From an uncultured Pseudomonadota bacterium (GTDB taxonomy: Bacteria; Pseudomonadota; Alphaproteobacteria; RF32; CAG-239): a DNA stretch of 64,000 bases. Made by a program: the position numbers and the translations under genes. The DNA lies in NCBI GenBank assembly GCA_949286215.1, contig CASDYX010000014.1:18373-82372 (forward strand). The letters are read 5' to 3'. Positions 9,744 to 20,030 of the stretch are shown piece by piece (within the stretch, counting starts at the first letter, position 1; every line of letters starts with the position of its first letter). The notes beneath the pieces are model-generated. The model did not search any database, had not been told where the DNA came from, and saw only the letters and a list, made by a program, of their open reading frames with translations.

Positions 9744-9941
9744 ATGAACGTATCAACTGCAAATGGCGAAAAACAAGGTCTGATGTATCAGGGAAAATTC
9801 TCTGAAAACCTTGATTTTCAAACTTTGCACGATAAAATAAATCAGCATTTGAGTTTTATTCGCGCCCAAAAAAATGAGGAAGAAAACGCAAACGAAACTG
9901 TTGAGCATGAAAAGCCGGCAGTATCCCATGAGCGCAATTAA
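9744..9941 (+). CDS. Small hypothetical protein
   Basis: 65-aa ORF with AAGGGA RBS between rpoH and prmC. Confidence 0.4.
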   Translation: MNVSTANGEKQGLMYQGKFSENLDFQTLHDKINQHLSFIRAQKNEEENANETVEHEKPAVSHERN

Positions 9942-9983
9942 TTCTCATTTTGAGGCGTGCGAATACTTGTGTGAAAATTTCCG

Positions 9984-10829
9984 ATGAATCAACTCTTAAA
10001 TAAAATTTCCTTGACCTTGAGCCAAAGCCACATAGATTCGCCCAAACTTGAGGCAAGAAGAATTTTGAGCTTTATCTGTCACCAAAGTGAGGATGAAGTT
10101 GCTTTGCTCGATAGAGAGCTGAGCACAGAAGAAACTCAAAAATTAAATGAAATTATCCGTCAAAGACAAGCCCATAAACCGCTTGATAAAATTTTAGGAA
10201 CCAAAGGGTTTTATAAATATGACTTTGTTGTGAGCGAAGATGTGTTATCGCCGCGTCCGGATACGGAAATTTTGGTAGAAGAGGCGATTCGACTGTTGAC
10301 CTCAGATAAAGCCCAAAAAATAATAGACTTTGGTACCGGTTCGGGATGTATTTTACTCTCTCTTTTGGCAGAGAATAAATTATGGCAAGGACAAGGCGTG
10401 GATATTTCGTCTAAAGCCTTAGATATCGCCCGACAAAATGCCGCGCTTTTAGGCGTTGCACAACAAGTTAGGTGGATAAACAAGGGCTGGTTTGATGCTG
10501 ATTTAGGGCTATCTCTGGATTCTCCGGTGGATATGATTGTTTCAAACCCACCTTATATTCCAAGCCAAGATATTCAGTCTTTGGATGAAGAGGTTAAAAA
10601 TTATGACCCCCTATTAGCCTTAGACGGCGGAGAAGATGGTCTGAACCACTATCGACAAATTGCGAAAGTATCATCTCCTTTGCTCAAAGAAGGTGGCTAT
10701 ATTTTGTTGGAAGTAGGAATTTACCAAGCCCAAGAAGTAGCAGAAATCTTTTGCCAAGCAGGGTTTAATTTGGTCAAAATCGTTTCTGACTTAGGCCAAA
10801 TAGCAAGATGTGTAATTTTGAAAAAATAA
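9984..10829 (+). CDS. prmC: Release factor glutamine methyltransferase
   Basis: VLSPRPDTE, DFGTGSGC, SNPPY and LDGGEDGL motifs. Confidence 0.95.
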   Translation: MNQLLNKISLTLSQSHIDSPKLEARRILSFICHQSEDEVALLDRELSTEETQKLNEIIRQRQAHKPLDKILGTKGFYKYDFVVSEDVLSPRPDTEILVEEAIRLLTSDKAQKIIDFGTGSGCILLSLLAENKLWQGQGVDISSKALDIARQNAALLGVAQQVRWINKGWFDADLGLSLDSPVDMIVSNPPYIPSQDIQSLDEEVKNYDPLLALDGGEDGLNHYRQIAKVSSPLLKEGGYILLEVGIYQAQEVAEIFCQAGFNLVKIVSDLGQIARCVILKK

Positions 10830-10982
10830 GTTGCAATTATAACTTTTTTAAGTATTATGAGCGCATAATAGCTCAAGAAAGTTAGGAGAGCTTTTTACTT
10901 TTTCCAAAAACGCAAGTTTTTAATTTTTTTTTGATGGTGAAAAACCTATCCGTTTTTCATGTAACAGTTATGGTATAAACTT

Positions 10983-11585
10983 ATGAAAAGAACAAACAAC
11001 AAATTTCGTAATAATAATTACAACAACCAGATTTATTCATTAAACTATAAGTTTGACAGCAACTCGATTGCCGGAAAAATCAGCGGCACAGCGTTAGACT
11101 TAATCAAACGCTATAACGAGTTAGCCAAAGAGGCTCATACGAACAATGACTATGTGAGCGCTGAAGTGTTCCGTCAATATGCTGAACACTATCGTAAAAT
11201 CGTGACCGAAATCAACGAGAAGAAGACCCAAGCTCAAAATGCTAAAAATGCAGCTCAACTGACTTTGGTTGAAAATAAGACCGAAGAAGACAAAGCTGAT
11301 TCTCAAGAGCAAGTCCAAGATTTAGCTGAAAGTGATTCTCAGTCTATTCGTGAAGACGAGGATATTGAGCCTCACTTAGCTTCTGTTACATCGCTGGAAA
11401 CCTTTTTAGCCGAAGCAGATGCTGAAACTCAACCGCAAGCCTCATTACCGGAAGAAAAGCCCACAACAGCTGAGAAAAAATCTTTTACTGTGATTGAAAT
11501 TCCTACATCAGAAGCAAAAGTTTTGAGTTCTGAAGAAAGCAAACCCAAAAGAACATATCGTCGTAAATTAGCCGCATCGGAGTAA
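10983..11585 (+). CDS. DUF4167-domain protein
   Basis: FDSNS..KISGTA..LIKRYNELAKEA...AEVFRQYAEHYRKI; usual alphaproteobacterial position between prmC and clpB. Confidence 0.8.
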   Translation: MKRTNNKFRNNNYNNQIYSLNYKFDSNSIAGKISGTALDLIKRYNELAKEAHTNNDYVSAEVFRQYAEHYRKIVTEINEKKTQAQNAKNAAQLTLVENKTEEDKADSQEQVQDLAESDSQSIREDEDIEPHLASVTSLETFLAEADAETQPQASLPEEKPTTAEKKSFTVIEIPTSEAKVLSSEESKPKRTYRRKLAASE

Positions 11586-11609
11586 ACGCGGCTCTCAAAG
11601 GGAGGAGTA

Positions 11610-12764
11610 ATGTTTATGATAGGGGCCTTGATAGTAGCCATTGCCGCAACTGTTATCACCATCAAGACTTTAGTTGGCTATATAGATTTACGTCTATCTG
11701 TAAAAATTATTGCTTCTCTGGCGATTATATTTTCTTGGTTCGCACCGGTAATTGTTGGTGGATTGCGTGCAACATCTTTGGGTGATAGCGCAGTCTTCCC
11801 GTACTTTTCTAATGTTGCTTATTTTTTGTTTGGAGCAGCTTTTATATTATTGGTTTTGCTTTTAGTTCGAGATTTTATTTGGTTTGGGGTTTATGAAATT
11901 GCCAAAGTGTTGAAATCAGTTCATGCCCCAATTTTTAATCCCTCAGATAATCACAAATTAAATCTAGCCAATGTCTATACTTTGGGACTGACTTTTGCCT
12001 TGAGTTTTTATGCTTGCTATGAGGCATTGAAGGTTCCGAGCGTTAAGGAAGTTACCATTTCCAGCCCCAAAATAACCCAAGCCTACACAATAGTTCAGTT
12101 AAGTGATATTCACGTTAACCGCACCACGCCTCTGGCTCACCTGCAAAAACTAGTTGAAGAGGTCAACGCTCTTAATCCGGATTTGATTTTGCTCACGGGG
12201 GATATTGGTGACGACAAAGTGTCTAAAGTTGAAGCACAAATGTCGGTTTTAAAAGGCTTAAAAAGCAAGTACGGCGAATATATTGTCTATGGCAATCATG
12301 AGCTTTATAATGGTTTCCCTGGTTGGCAGTTTAAATATTCCAACCAAGGCTGGACAGCTTTGTTTAATTCAGGTGTAAAGATTAAGGATACAAATCTCTA
12401 TATTGGTGGCATTCCTGATATTAGTTTTATTCGAGGAGCACGTTTTTTTAAATTAGATATGAATAAAACATTTGAAAATGCTCACTCTGATGATTATAAA
12501 ATTTTATTGTCGCACTCTCCCAAGTTTTATAAGGAAGATGAGTTCAAACCGAGCTATGACTTACAGCTCTCTGGTCACACCCACGGTGGGCAAATTTTCC
12601 CGTTCCATTATTTGGTATGGCAAGCAAATAAGTATTTGGCAGGGCTTTATGATTTAGAAGGAGCCAAACTTTATGTTTCCCGAGGAGCCGGATATTGGGG
12701 CGCTCCGTTACGTCTGTTTGCGCCATCGGAAATCACGCTGATAAAATTAGTTCCGCAAAAATAA
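11610..12764 (+). CDS. Membrane-anchored metallophosphoesterase (YkuE/YaeI-like)
   Basis: TM N-terminus; SDIH, TGD, GNHE, LSH and SGHTHGGQ motifs. Confidence 0.9.
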   Translation: MFMIGALIVAIAATVITIKTLVGYIDLRLSVKIIASLAIIFSWFAPVIVGGLRATSLGDSAVFPYFSNVAYFLFGAAFILLVLLLVRDFIWFGVYEIAKVLKSVHAPIFNPSDNHKLNLANVYTLGLTFALSFYACYEALKVPSVKEVTISSPKITQAYTIVQLSDIHVNRTTPLAHLQKLVEEVNALNPDLILLTGDIGDDKVSKVEAQMSVLKGLKSKYGEYIVYGNHELYNGFPGWQFKYSNQGWTALFNSGVKIKDTNLYIGGIPDISFIRGARFFKLDMNKTFENAHSDDYKILLSHSPKFYKEDEFKPSYDLQLSGHTHGGQIFPFHYLVWQANKYLAGLYDLEGAKLYVSRGAGYWGAPLRLFAPSEITLIKLVPQK

Positions 12765-12839
12765 TTTTTCTAAAAAACTTGATTTACCCCTCCTTTCATA
12801 ACTATATTCTAATAAGAAGTAGAAAGAAGGGATAAGACA

Positions 12840-15428
12840 ATGGATTTTGAAAAACTAACCAATAAGGCTAAAGAATTAGTTCAGGATGTGGTTAACTTGG
12901 CATCAACCAAGAAGCACCAATATATCGCGCCTGAACATATACTAAAAGTTCTTCTTGAAGATAAAGATACACTGATAAAAGACCTCCTGCAAAAATCAGG
13001 CGGAAATGTCGAAACCGTTATCAGTCAAACCGATGATGCTATCCGTAAAATTCCGCAAGTCTCCGGAGCCGCAGTTCAAAGCTTGATGTCACAAGATTTC
13101 ACTTGTGTTATGCAAGAGGCTGAAGATTTGGCCGAAAAATCAGGTGACCAATTTGTTACGACCGAGAGAATTTTGCAAGCATTAGCCGCCACATCGGGAA
13201 CCAAGGCTTATGATATTTTGCGTAACGCTGGCGTCAACTATGGACGTTTGGAACAAGCTATTAACGAGTATCGTAAAGGCCGAGTTGCGGATTCGGAAAG
13301 CGCAGAAGAAAATTTTGAAGCCTTAAAGAAATACGCTATTGATATCACAGCTAAAGCCAGAGAAGGAAAACTTGACCCGGTTGTTGGCAGAGAGCATGAG
13401 ATTCGTCGAACCATACAAGTTTTGTCTCGTCGAACCAAAAACAATCCGGTATTGATTGGTGAGCCTGGTGTTGGTAAAACCGCAATTGTCGAGGGCTTGG
13501 CAATGCGAATTGTTAATAACGACGTTCCTGAAAGCTTGCATGATAAAAGATTGCTGGCTCTGGATATGGGAGCCTTGATTGCCGGCGCTAAGTTTAGAGG
13601 AGAGTTTGAGGAACGCTTAAAAGCCGTTCTGAAAGACGTTGAAGCCTCTGATGGCAATATCATCTTGTTTATTGATGAAATGCACACCATCGTTGGAGCC
13701 GGAGCAAGTGAAGGTTCAATGGATGCCTCTAACTTGCTGAAACCAGCATTAGCAAGAGGCGAGCTTCACTGCCTTGGCGCTACCACTTTGAATGAATATA
13801 AAAAATACGTCGAAAAAGATGCGGCTTTAGCAAGAAGGTTCCAACCGGTATTTGTTGATGAGCCGAGCGTTGAAGAAACCATTTCGATTCTGCGTGGCAT
13901 TAAGGATAAGTTTGAGCTCCACCACGGGGTTAAAATTTCTGATAATGCATTGATTGCAGCAGCTACTTTGTCGAACAGATATATTAGCGACCGTTTCTTG
14001 CCTGATAAGGCAATAGACCTGATGGATGAAGCCGCCAGTGCTTTGCGAATGTCAATTGATTCAAAACCCGAGGAGTTAGATGAACTTGACCGCCGAATTT
14101 TGCAGCTCAAAATAGAGCGTGAAGCCCTCAAGAAAGAAACCGACGAGGCCTCAAAATCGCGTCTTGAACAAATCGGCTATGAAATTTCAGGGCTTGAAGT
14201 TAAAGCCAAAGGACTAAATGAGAAATGGAAAGCTGAAAAACAAGGTCTTGCCAATGTAACCGAATTAAAGGATAAATTGGATAAGGCGCGTATTGAGGCA
14301 GAAATTGCTCAACGTGAAGGTCGTTTTGAAAGAGCAGGGGAACTGCAGTATAGTGTCATTCCTGACTTGCAAAATCAGCTCAAGAAAATTGAAGAAAAAG
14401 CTGCTTCAGCGAATGCTCATATTCACGAAACCGTCACCGATGAAAATATTGCAGCGGTTGTTTCAAAGTGGACAGGCATTCCGGTTGATAAGATGTTGCA
14501 AGGCGAACGTGAAAAACTGGTTCATATGGAAGACTACCTTGGCAAACGTGTCATTGGTCAAAAAGAGGCAATTGCCGCGGTTTCAAATGCGGTCAGACGC
14601 TCTCGAGCCGGTATTAATGACGGTAGCCAACCCATAGGTTCGTTCTTGTTCTTAGGACCGACCGGTGTAGGTAAAACTGAATTAAGCAAGGCATTGGCAG
14701 AGTTCTTGTTCAATGATGAGCATGCTCTGTTGCGAATAGATATGTCAGAATATATGGAAAAGCATGCCGTTGCTCGTTTAATTGGTTCACCTCCGGGCTA
14801 TGTCGGCTATGAAGAAGGCGGTGTTTTAACCGAAGCGGTACGTCGTCGTCCATATCAGGTTATTTTGTTTGATGAGGTTGAAAAAGCGCATCCTGATATT
14901 TTCAATGTCTTGTTACAAGTCTTGGATGATGGCCGTTTGACAGATGGTAAAGGCCGCACGGTTGACTTTAAGAATACTTTGATAATCATGACCTCAAACT
15001 TAGGCTCAGATATCTTGGCTAATGCCACGGGAGCAGATGATCCCAAAAAGATAAAGGCAAGAGTAATGGAAATTGTCAAAGCGTCATTCCGTCCGGAATT
15101 TATCAACCGTATTGATGAAATAAGCTTGTTCCATCGCTTAGATAAGAGTAATATAAAAGAAATCGCCAAGATACAAATAGCAGGCATTGAAAAACGCTTA
15201 GCCGAGAAGAATATTAAGTTGCATGTCAACGAGATGGCTGAAGCGTGGATTGTCAATAACGGTTATGATCCGATTTATGGAGCAAGACCACTAAAACGCT
15301 TGCTAAAAAATCAAATAGAGAATAAATTGGCGTTAAAGATTCTGGATGGTGAAATCGCCGAGAATGATACGGCGGACATCATTGTCAGCAACGGACAATT
15401 AGAAATAGTAAAGAGTAAGAAAAAGTAA
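12840..15428 (+). CDS. clpB: ATP-dependent disaggregase ClpB
   Basis: Two AAA+ modules ([16 protein letters not shown]), coiled-coil middle domain, GARPLKR. Confidence 0.97.
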   Translation: MDFEKLTNKAKELVQDVVNLASTKKHQYIAPEHILKVLLEDKDTLIKDLLQKSGGNVETVISQTDDAIRKIPQVSGAAVQSLMSQDFTCVMQEAEDLAEKSGDQFVTTERILQALAATSGTKAYDILRNAGVNYGRLEQAINEYRKGRVADSESAEENFEALKKYAIDITAKAREGKLDPVVGREHEIRRTIQVLSRRTKNNPVLIGEPGVGKTAIVEGLAMRIVNNDVPESLHDKRLLALDMGALIAGAKFRGEFEERLKAVLKDVEASDGNIILFIDEMHTIVGAGASEGSMDASNLLKPALARGELHCLGATTLNEYKKYVEKDAALARRFQPVFVDEPSVEETISILRGIKDKFELHHGVKISDNALIAAATLSNRYISDRFLPDKAIDLMDEAASALRMSIDSKPEELDELDRRILQLKIEREALKKETDEASKSRLEQIGYEISGLEVKAKGLNEKWKAEKQGLANVTELKDKLDKARIEAEIAQREGRFERAGELQYSVIPDLQNQLKKIEEKAASANAHIHETVTDENIAAVVSKWTGIPVDKMLQGEREKLVHMEDYLGKRVIGQKEAIAAVSNAVRRSRAGINDGSQPIGSFLFLGPTGVGKTELSKALAEFLFNDEHALLRIDMSEYMEKHAVARLIGSPPGYVGYEEGGVLTEAVRRRPYQVILFDEVEKAHPDIFNVLLQVLDDGRLTDGKGRTVDFKNTLIIMTSNLGSDILANATGADDPKKIKARVMEIVKASFRPEFINRIDEISLFHRLDKSNIKEIAKIQIAGIEKRLAEKNIKLHVNEMAEAWIVNNGYDPIYGARPLKRLLKNQIENKLALKILDGEIAENDTADIIVSNGQLEIVKSKKK

Positions 15429-15856
15429 TGAACAAATTATTTCAGCAAGCATTGGAGGTGGCACGCACCTATAGTGTGTCCACCCCCGAAAACAGCATTG
15501 TGCTATACAGCATTAGTTTTCAGCCGACCAAAGAAAATCGGGACAAGGCTTTTGACTATACCAGTAAACACAGTGATAAAATGGTAATCGAGCATACGGA
15601 TTGCGGTGCCAAATTGGTTGAAATGGGACTGCTTAGCCACGATTCCGGCCTAAGTCAGGAGCAAGTTGCCGAAATTTGGAGTATTGCCTCCAAAAGATTT
15701 ATTGGCGAGGCCAAAGGCGAAGTAACGGCATTTGTAAATAATGCCGACCCCAGAAGTGTGTTCTGCAAGATGGAATTGCCGAATATTCTGACTAATCCGA
15801 ACTTAACTAAGATTAATGGCATAGATAAACACGAATTTGCCCGTCAGTTTAAATAA
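15428..15856 (+). CDS. Putative ADP-ribosyl cyclase/CD38-like NAD+ glycohydrolase domain protein
   Basis: IVLYS, VIEHT..G, IWSIASKRF..EAKGEVTAFV and SVF..MELP.I follow the order of CD38 LLWS, TLEDTLLG, FWKTVSRRFAEAA..VHVML and STFGSVEV.NL; alignment by eye. Confidence 0.55.
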   Translation: MNKLFQQALEVARTYSVSTPENSIVLYSISFQPTKENRDKAFDYTSKHSDKMVIEHTDCGAKLVEMGLLSHDSGLSQEQVAEIWSIASKRFIGEAKGEVTAFVNNADPRSVFCKMELPNILTNPNLTKINGIDKHEFARQFK

Positions 15857-15939
15857 AACTTTACAAAGTAAGGATTAAAGCTTAAATAAAGACTCAAATA
15901 ACAATTATTGGGTCTTTATTTATTTTAAAAATCAAAATT

Positions 15940-16518
15940 ATGGAAGCAAATCGAGAAATCGTAAAAGTTCTGCAAGGTATTGTGCTACCGGCAGTTAAAC
16001 AATTAAATGCTCTATCTTCAGCCGAAAGGGAATTTTATGCACCTTACATGATAGGGGGCAAAGATGCCATTATGAAAGTTCAAGTTCTGTTGTTTCAGAA
16101 TTTGTACACGCCGGCAGTGATTACGGAACTCATCAAGCGAGATGCTTGCTTGTGCAAACCCTATTTAAAAATGTCGCAAAATAAACTCTTGCAACGCAAT
16201 GCTAATTTACCCGAGTTTAGAAGGCAAATGATTGCCGTAGGTAATGAAAAGCTATTGCAAGATTTTTTAGAGATTTATTCTCTGGGTGCCGAGGATGAAA
16301 AACAGCTTTTAGATTATCGCCTAGAGCATGGCAAAATTTCGACAGAGGAGCCAGATGAGTTTATGAGGTTGTATTTTCAAACCAAAGGCCTCCAAAATAC
16401 AACATTATCATTGTTAAGCCGCAAAGAATACCAACTCTATTGGGATTTATATTGCGATTCCGTCCCCGTTTCTACAGGACAAAAATTAAAACACAAACTT
16501 TTGTCTTGGTTTCATTAA
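15940..16518 (+). CDS. Hypothetical protein
   Basis: 192-aa ORF, no motif recognised. Confidence 0.6.
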   Translation: MEANREIVKVLQGIVLPAVKQLNALSSAEREFYAPYMIGGKDAIMKVQVLLFQNLYTPAVITELIKRDACLCKPYLKMSQNKLLQRNANLPEFRRQMIAVGNEKLLQDFLEIYSLGAEDEKQLLDYRLEHGKISTEEPDEFMRLYFQTKGLQNTTLSLLSRKEYQLYWDLYCDSVPVSTGQKLKHKLLSWFH

Positions 16519-16521
16519 AAG

Positions 16522-16558
16522 ACACAAAATCCGAAGATTAACTCTTCGGATTTTGTGT
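16522..16558. terminator. Bidirectional terminator
   Basis: Perfect 16-bp stem ACACAAAATCCGAAGA/TCTTCGGATTTTGTGT. Confidence 0.8.
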
Positions 16559-16577
16559 ATCATGCAATTTGAGAAAA

Positions 16578-18025
16578 TTAATACTTGATAACATATCTGC
16601 CACCACATGGAACTATGGAACCTATTGATTCAATTCCACCTGATTGGTTACCCCAAGAAGCAAAAACTTTATCATCTCTTTGTACGCAGAGACCTCCATT
16701 CGCACTATATAATTGTGGTTTAGATAACCTCATTAAAGCTACATTGACATCTCCACGAACTTTATATAATGAGGAAAATGCAGTTGGAGTTAATACTGTC
16801 CATTTCCCTGCAGAACACCAAGAACAATCTGCACTGAAGGAGGAAACACGTCTAGGATATTTAAGCGCTGAACCTGAACTTTCATCTAAACTAATTGCTA
16901 ATTTTGCCACAGGATCAAAAACAACAGCTACTGCAGTTTTGTTATAGTTAACGGAAGAAATTGAACAAGTTTTATCGGAATATAAAATAGAGCCTGCGGA
17001 ACAGTCTGCCACACAACTATTTCCCGACTTAGTATATCCAGAATTACAACTCCAAGATTGAATTTTAGATTGGCAATCAGAAAAATAAGAGCAGCTAGCG
17101 TTACTAGGACAAGAACTAATGACGGCAGAGCGATTATGACAATTATCAGTATAAGCTATTTCGCATTTTGATTGACAATCACCAAATGCTTGCTTGCAAC
17201 CATAAGGAGCAGAAACAGCTGTACGATTTCGACAATTATCAGCGTATGCTTTTTGACATTTAGATTTGCAATCAGAAAAATATGTCTCACATCCATAAGG
17301 AGTCTGTACTGAAGTTCTATTGTGACAATTGTCAGGATATGGAGTTTTACATATATTATTGCAAGGTGCAGCATAATATTCTTTACACCCCCATTGTCCG
17401 TTATTGGCATTAGGACAGACACAAGTAGCATATCTTGTACCAGTATCATCGCTACAAGAATTTCCTTTTATTTGAGGGGAATTACATGCCGGATAAGGAT
17501 AAGCGGCAGTATCGCAGTAACAACGGTATTTTCCGCCACAACTATCAGAACTTAATCTTTTAGGACTAGAACATTGAGCTGCTGTATATTTATAGATTGC
17601 ATCACAACATCTGTCATATAATTTATCATTATAAGGGCACGCTCGATTAAATAAACCGGATGCACAAGATGTAATGCTATAGCCTAGGCGCTTACAATTA
17701 TCTCCAGTAGGATCAGAAAAGTCATTGTTTTTAGCGTCTTCATTATTAAAGTCCATATCTTTATTTCCGGTGATAAAATAGACACCGGCTGTTTGATAGT
17801 TTGTACGATAGGGCAAGCCCTCATTCAGGCTTGCCCCTGACAAAGATTCAAAGGTTTGGTTTAGACTGGTTCTTACGAAGTGCGTGTATTGTGGACTTGC
17901 ACCTTGTAATTTGGTTGAAACATAAGACTTGCACCTTGTAATTTGGTTGAAACATAATTTTCACTTACACCGCCCAATCCGGTTAGTGCAAGAATTGATA
18001 CTCCTATCACAAGCTGCTTTCTCAT
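16578..18025 (-). pseudogene. Secreted cysteine-rich repeat protein, frameshifted by a 32-bp tandem duplication
   Basis: ATG at 18025 encodes a signal-like MRKQLVIGVSILALTGLGG; it is out of frame with ORF 16578..17843 unless one repeat copy is removed; three ~31-aa Y.DNC.NR..V..PYGC...F.DC.SKC repeats. Confidence 0.75.
17894..17957 (+). repeat. Tandem duplication, 2 x 32 bp
   Basis: GACTTGCACCTTGTAATTTGGTTGAAACATAA at 17894-17925 and 17926-17957. Confidence 0.95.
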
Positions 18026-18140
18026 AATACACCTCATTATAACTGAACTTTGTCACTTTATAATCTAGCATATTGTGAAAACGATGTCAAATATTTTTAT
18101 TTGAGCAGTTTTATTTTGGCTAAAGAGGATAAATCGATTT

Positions 18141-19193
18141 TTATAAGAGCCTTCGAGCAGAAAGTATGGCGCTCTCGATACAGCACGGATAATTTTTCAT
18201 TGTCCAGTCGCCGCAGATTTGCAAGTTTGCCCATTTTGTTTGGGCTGAAGAGGGGCGTAAAGCATTGTTTAGTTTATCTTGTTTTATGGTGGCACGCTTG
18301 TGTCGCAAAACTCTATATTCAGGCATAAAGGCAGCCGCTCTTCCTCTCAAAGCACAAATCTCTTCCCAAATAAGTCTCGCCAATTCATCGTCACTTAAAG
18401 TACAAGCATTGGCATTACTGATTGTTACGGCTAAGATATTCGGAAAAGAAAATACCCATTGCGCTTTATAGCCTTTGAGGCCGATGAAATGTAATCTCTT
18501 GGGTAAGGTTAGCGCCATGCTGGTGTGAAAATAAATATTGATGATTGCATTATATTCAAAATTTGTCGGCTCAAATATTTTTCCAAAATTATAGCTATCC
18601 AGAGCCGAAATCACTTGCTCACCTTCTTTAATTTCAATTGCGCGTTGGTTGAAAATAAGTTTGGTGATGAGCTCTCCTTGTTGTTCAATACTTAAGAGCT
18701 TATAGCCATAATTAATATGAATATCAGGAAGTTGCAAAATTTGCATAAGGTCTTGAGTTAAATTTCCTTGCGAAAATGAAGCTTTAAATTGCTTCGGCAA
18801 AAACGGAAAAAGTTGCCCGGCAATATTAAGCCACTGCTTAAAGCCAACCTCACCAAAAGAGGTATTAAAAACCGCCTCGGCAATTTCATCACGAAATTTC
18901 CACTTGTTTGTTTGGAGAGAATTTTGCCCTTTTTCCATAAAGAAAACTTTTTGCCATTCTTTGAAAGATGGAAAGACGCGATAAGCATTTTTGTTTGCTC
19001 TGAGAATAACATGCGTGGCATTATCCAGACTTAACTGCCAATTCTTATCAAAAAAAGAATAAGCTCTGCCGCCGATATGATGAGCCGCTTCATAAAGATA
19101 AACTTTTGCTTGAGGAAATTTTTGTTTGATAAATTTGGCAGCGCACAAACCGGCAACTCCCGCGCCGATAATATGGTATGCCTTATTTTTCAT
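18141..19193 (-). CDS. hpnE: Hydroxysqualene dehydroxylase HpnE-like FAD oxidoreductase
   Basis: IIGAGVAGL FAD motif, LDNATHVI, CGDWT...CCIESAILSA; third gene after hpnC-hpnD; shorter than usual. Confidence 0.75.
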   Translation of the reverse strand: MKNKAYHIIGAGVAGLCAAKFIKQKFPQAKVYLYEAAHHIGGRAYSFFDKNWQLSLDNATHVILRANKNAYRVFPSFKEWQKVFFMEKGQNSLQTNKWKFRDEIAEAVFNTSFGEVGFKQWLNIAGQLFPFLPKQFKASFSQGNLTQDLMQILQLPDIHINYGYKLLSIEQQGELITKLIFNQRAIEIKEGEQVISALDSYNFGKIFEPTNFEYNAIINIYFHTSMALTLPKRLHFIGLKGYKAQWVFSFPNILAVTISNANACTLSDDELARLIWEEICALRGRAAAFMPEYRVLRHKRATIKQDKLNNALRPSSAQTKWANLQICGDWTMKNYPCCIESAILSARRLL

Positions 19194-19196
19194 TGC

Positions 19197-20030
19197 TTAT
19201 TTTCCAAAATATGCTCTTAAAGCAAGCGTAAGCTTTTTCATTTTGCTGATTTGGGGTTTAGGCGAAATAATTTCCCAACCTCTGTTTTGCATAATCTTAA
19301 AATATTTACGATAAATTGCTGCAATCATCTTAACCGGACGAGCCGTTTGTTTATCGAGTTTTTGAATCAAAAATTCAGATTTTTTGAAATATTCGTCAGC
19401 TAATTGTGCTAACTCTTCTCTGGCTTTAGCCAAATTTTTATCGACCACTACGGTCTTTGGGTCATTTGAAGAAATATCAGCCTTGAGCAAAAATTCTTTT
19501 GGAATATAAAGACGGTTACTCATGGCATCTTCTTTCACATCTCGCAATATATTTGTAATTTGCAGGGCATTACCGAGATTTGTTGCTAATTCATTGATAA
19601 TTTCTTCATCTTTGCACCCAAAAATGCGTAAAGACAAATTTCCCGGAACACCGGCAACCCCGCGACAATATTCCAAAAATTTATCCAAAGACGGAGCTTG
19701 TACAGGGTCAGGAATATCCATTGAGATACTGTTTATAAGGCGTAAAAATTCTTCCTTAGGGAGCTTAAAACGCATACAATTTTTATAGATACGACGCCCG
19801 ATTTCTGTAGCCGGTACTTTTTTATCGTAAATATTATTCATTTCTTCACGCCAAGCATTGAGGAGTTCTTGCTTTTCAGCCACATCATCATCCCCGTCAA
19901 CAATATCATCAATATGCCGACAAAAGGCATAAATCGTGTACATTGCTTCACGTTTGGCTTTAGGGAGCATACGCATACTCCAGAAAAAAGAAGTGCCGGA
20001 TTTTTTTACAATTTGTTTAATGTCGTTCAT
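19197..20030 (-). CDS. hpnD: Presqualene diphosphate synthase
   Basis: SGTSFFWSM, YAFCRHIDDIVD and ALQITNILRDVKEDA..RLYIP motifs. Confidence 0.88.
   Translation of the reverse strand: MNDIKQIVKKSGTSFFWSMRMLPKAKREAMYTIYAFCRHIDDIVDGDDDVAEKQELLNAWREEMNNIYDKKVPATEIGRRIYKNCMRFKLPKEEFLRLINSISMDIPDPVQAPSLDKFLEYCRGVAGVPGNLSLRIFGCKDEEIINELATNLGNALQITNILRDVKEDAMSNRLYIPKEFLLKADISSNDPKTVVVDKNLAKAREELAQLADEYFKKSEFLIQKLDKQTARPVKMIAAIYRKYFKIMQNRGWEIISPKPQISKMKKLTLALRAYFGK

Noticed and set aside
12778-12807. sigma-32 promoter for clpB (CTTGAT...ACTATAT)
   Set aside because: Plausible, but the spacing is long and it fits a sigma70 promoter equally well; not enough support to call.
13238-15256. Several 70-150 aa ORFs inside or antisense to clpB (similar ones in rne, mrcA, terL, portal, glmS and secA)
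   Set aside because: Shadow ORFs of well-supported genes, with no RBS or motifs.
17894-17957. CRISPR array
   Set aside because: Two directly adjacent copies with no spacer and no cas genes; the 1688/3136 and tRNA-Asp repeats also fail the repeat-spacer pattern.
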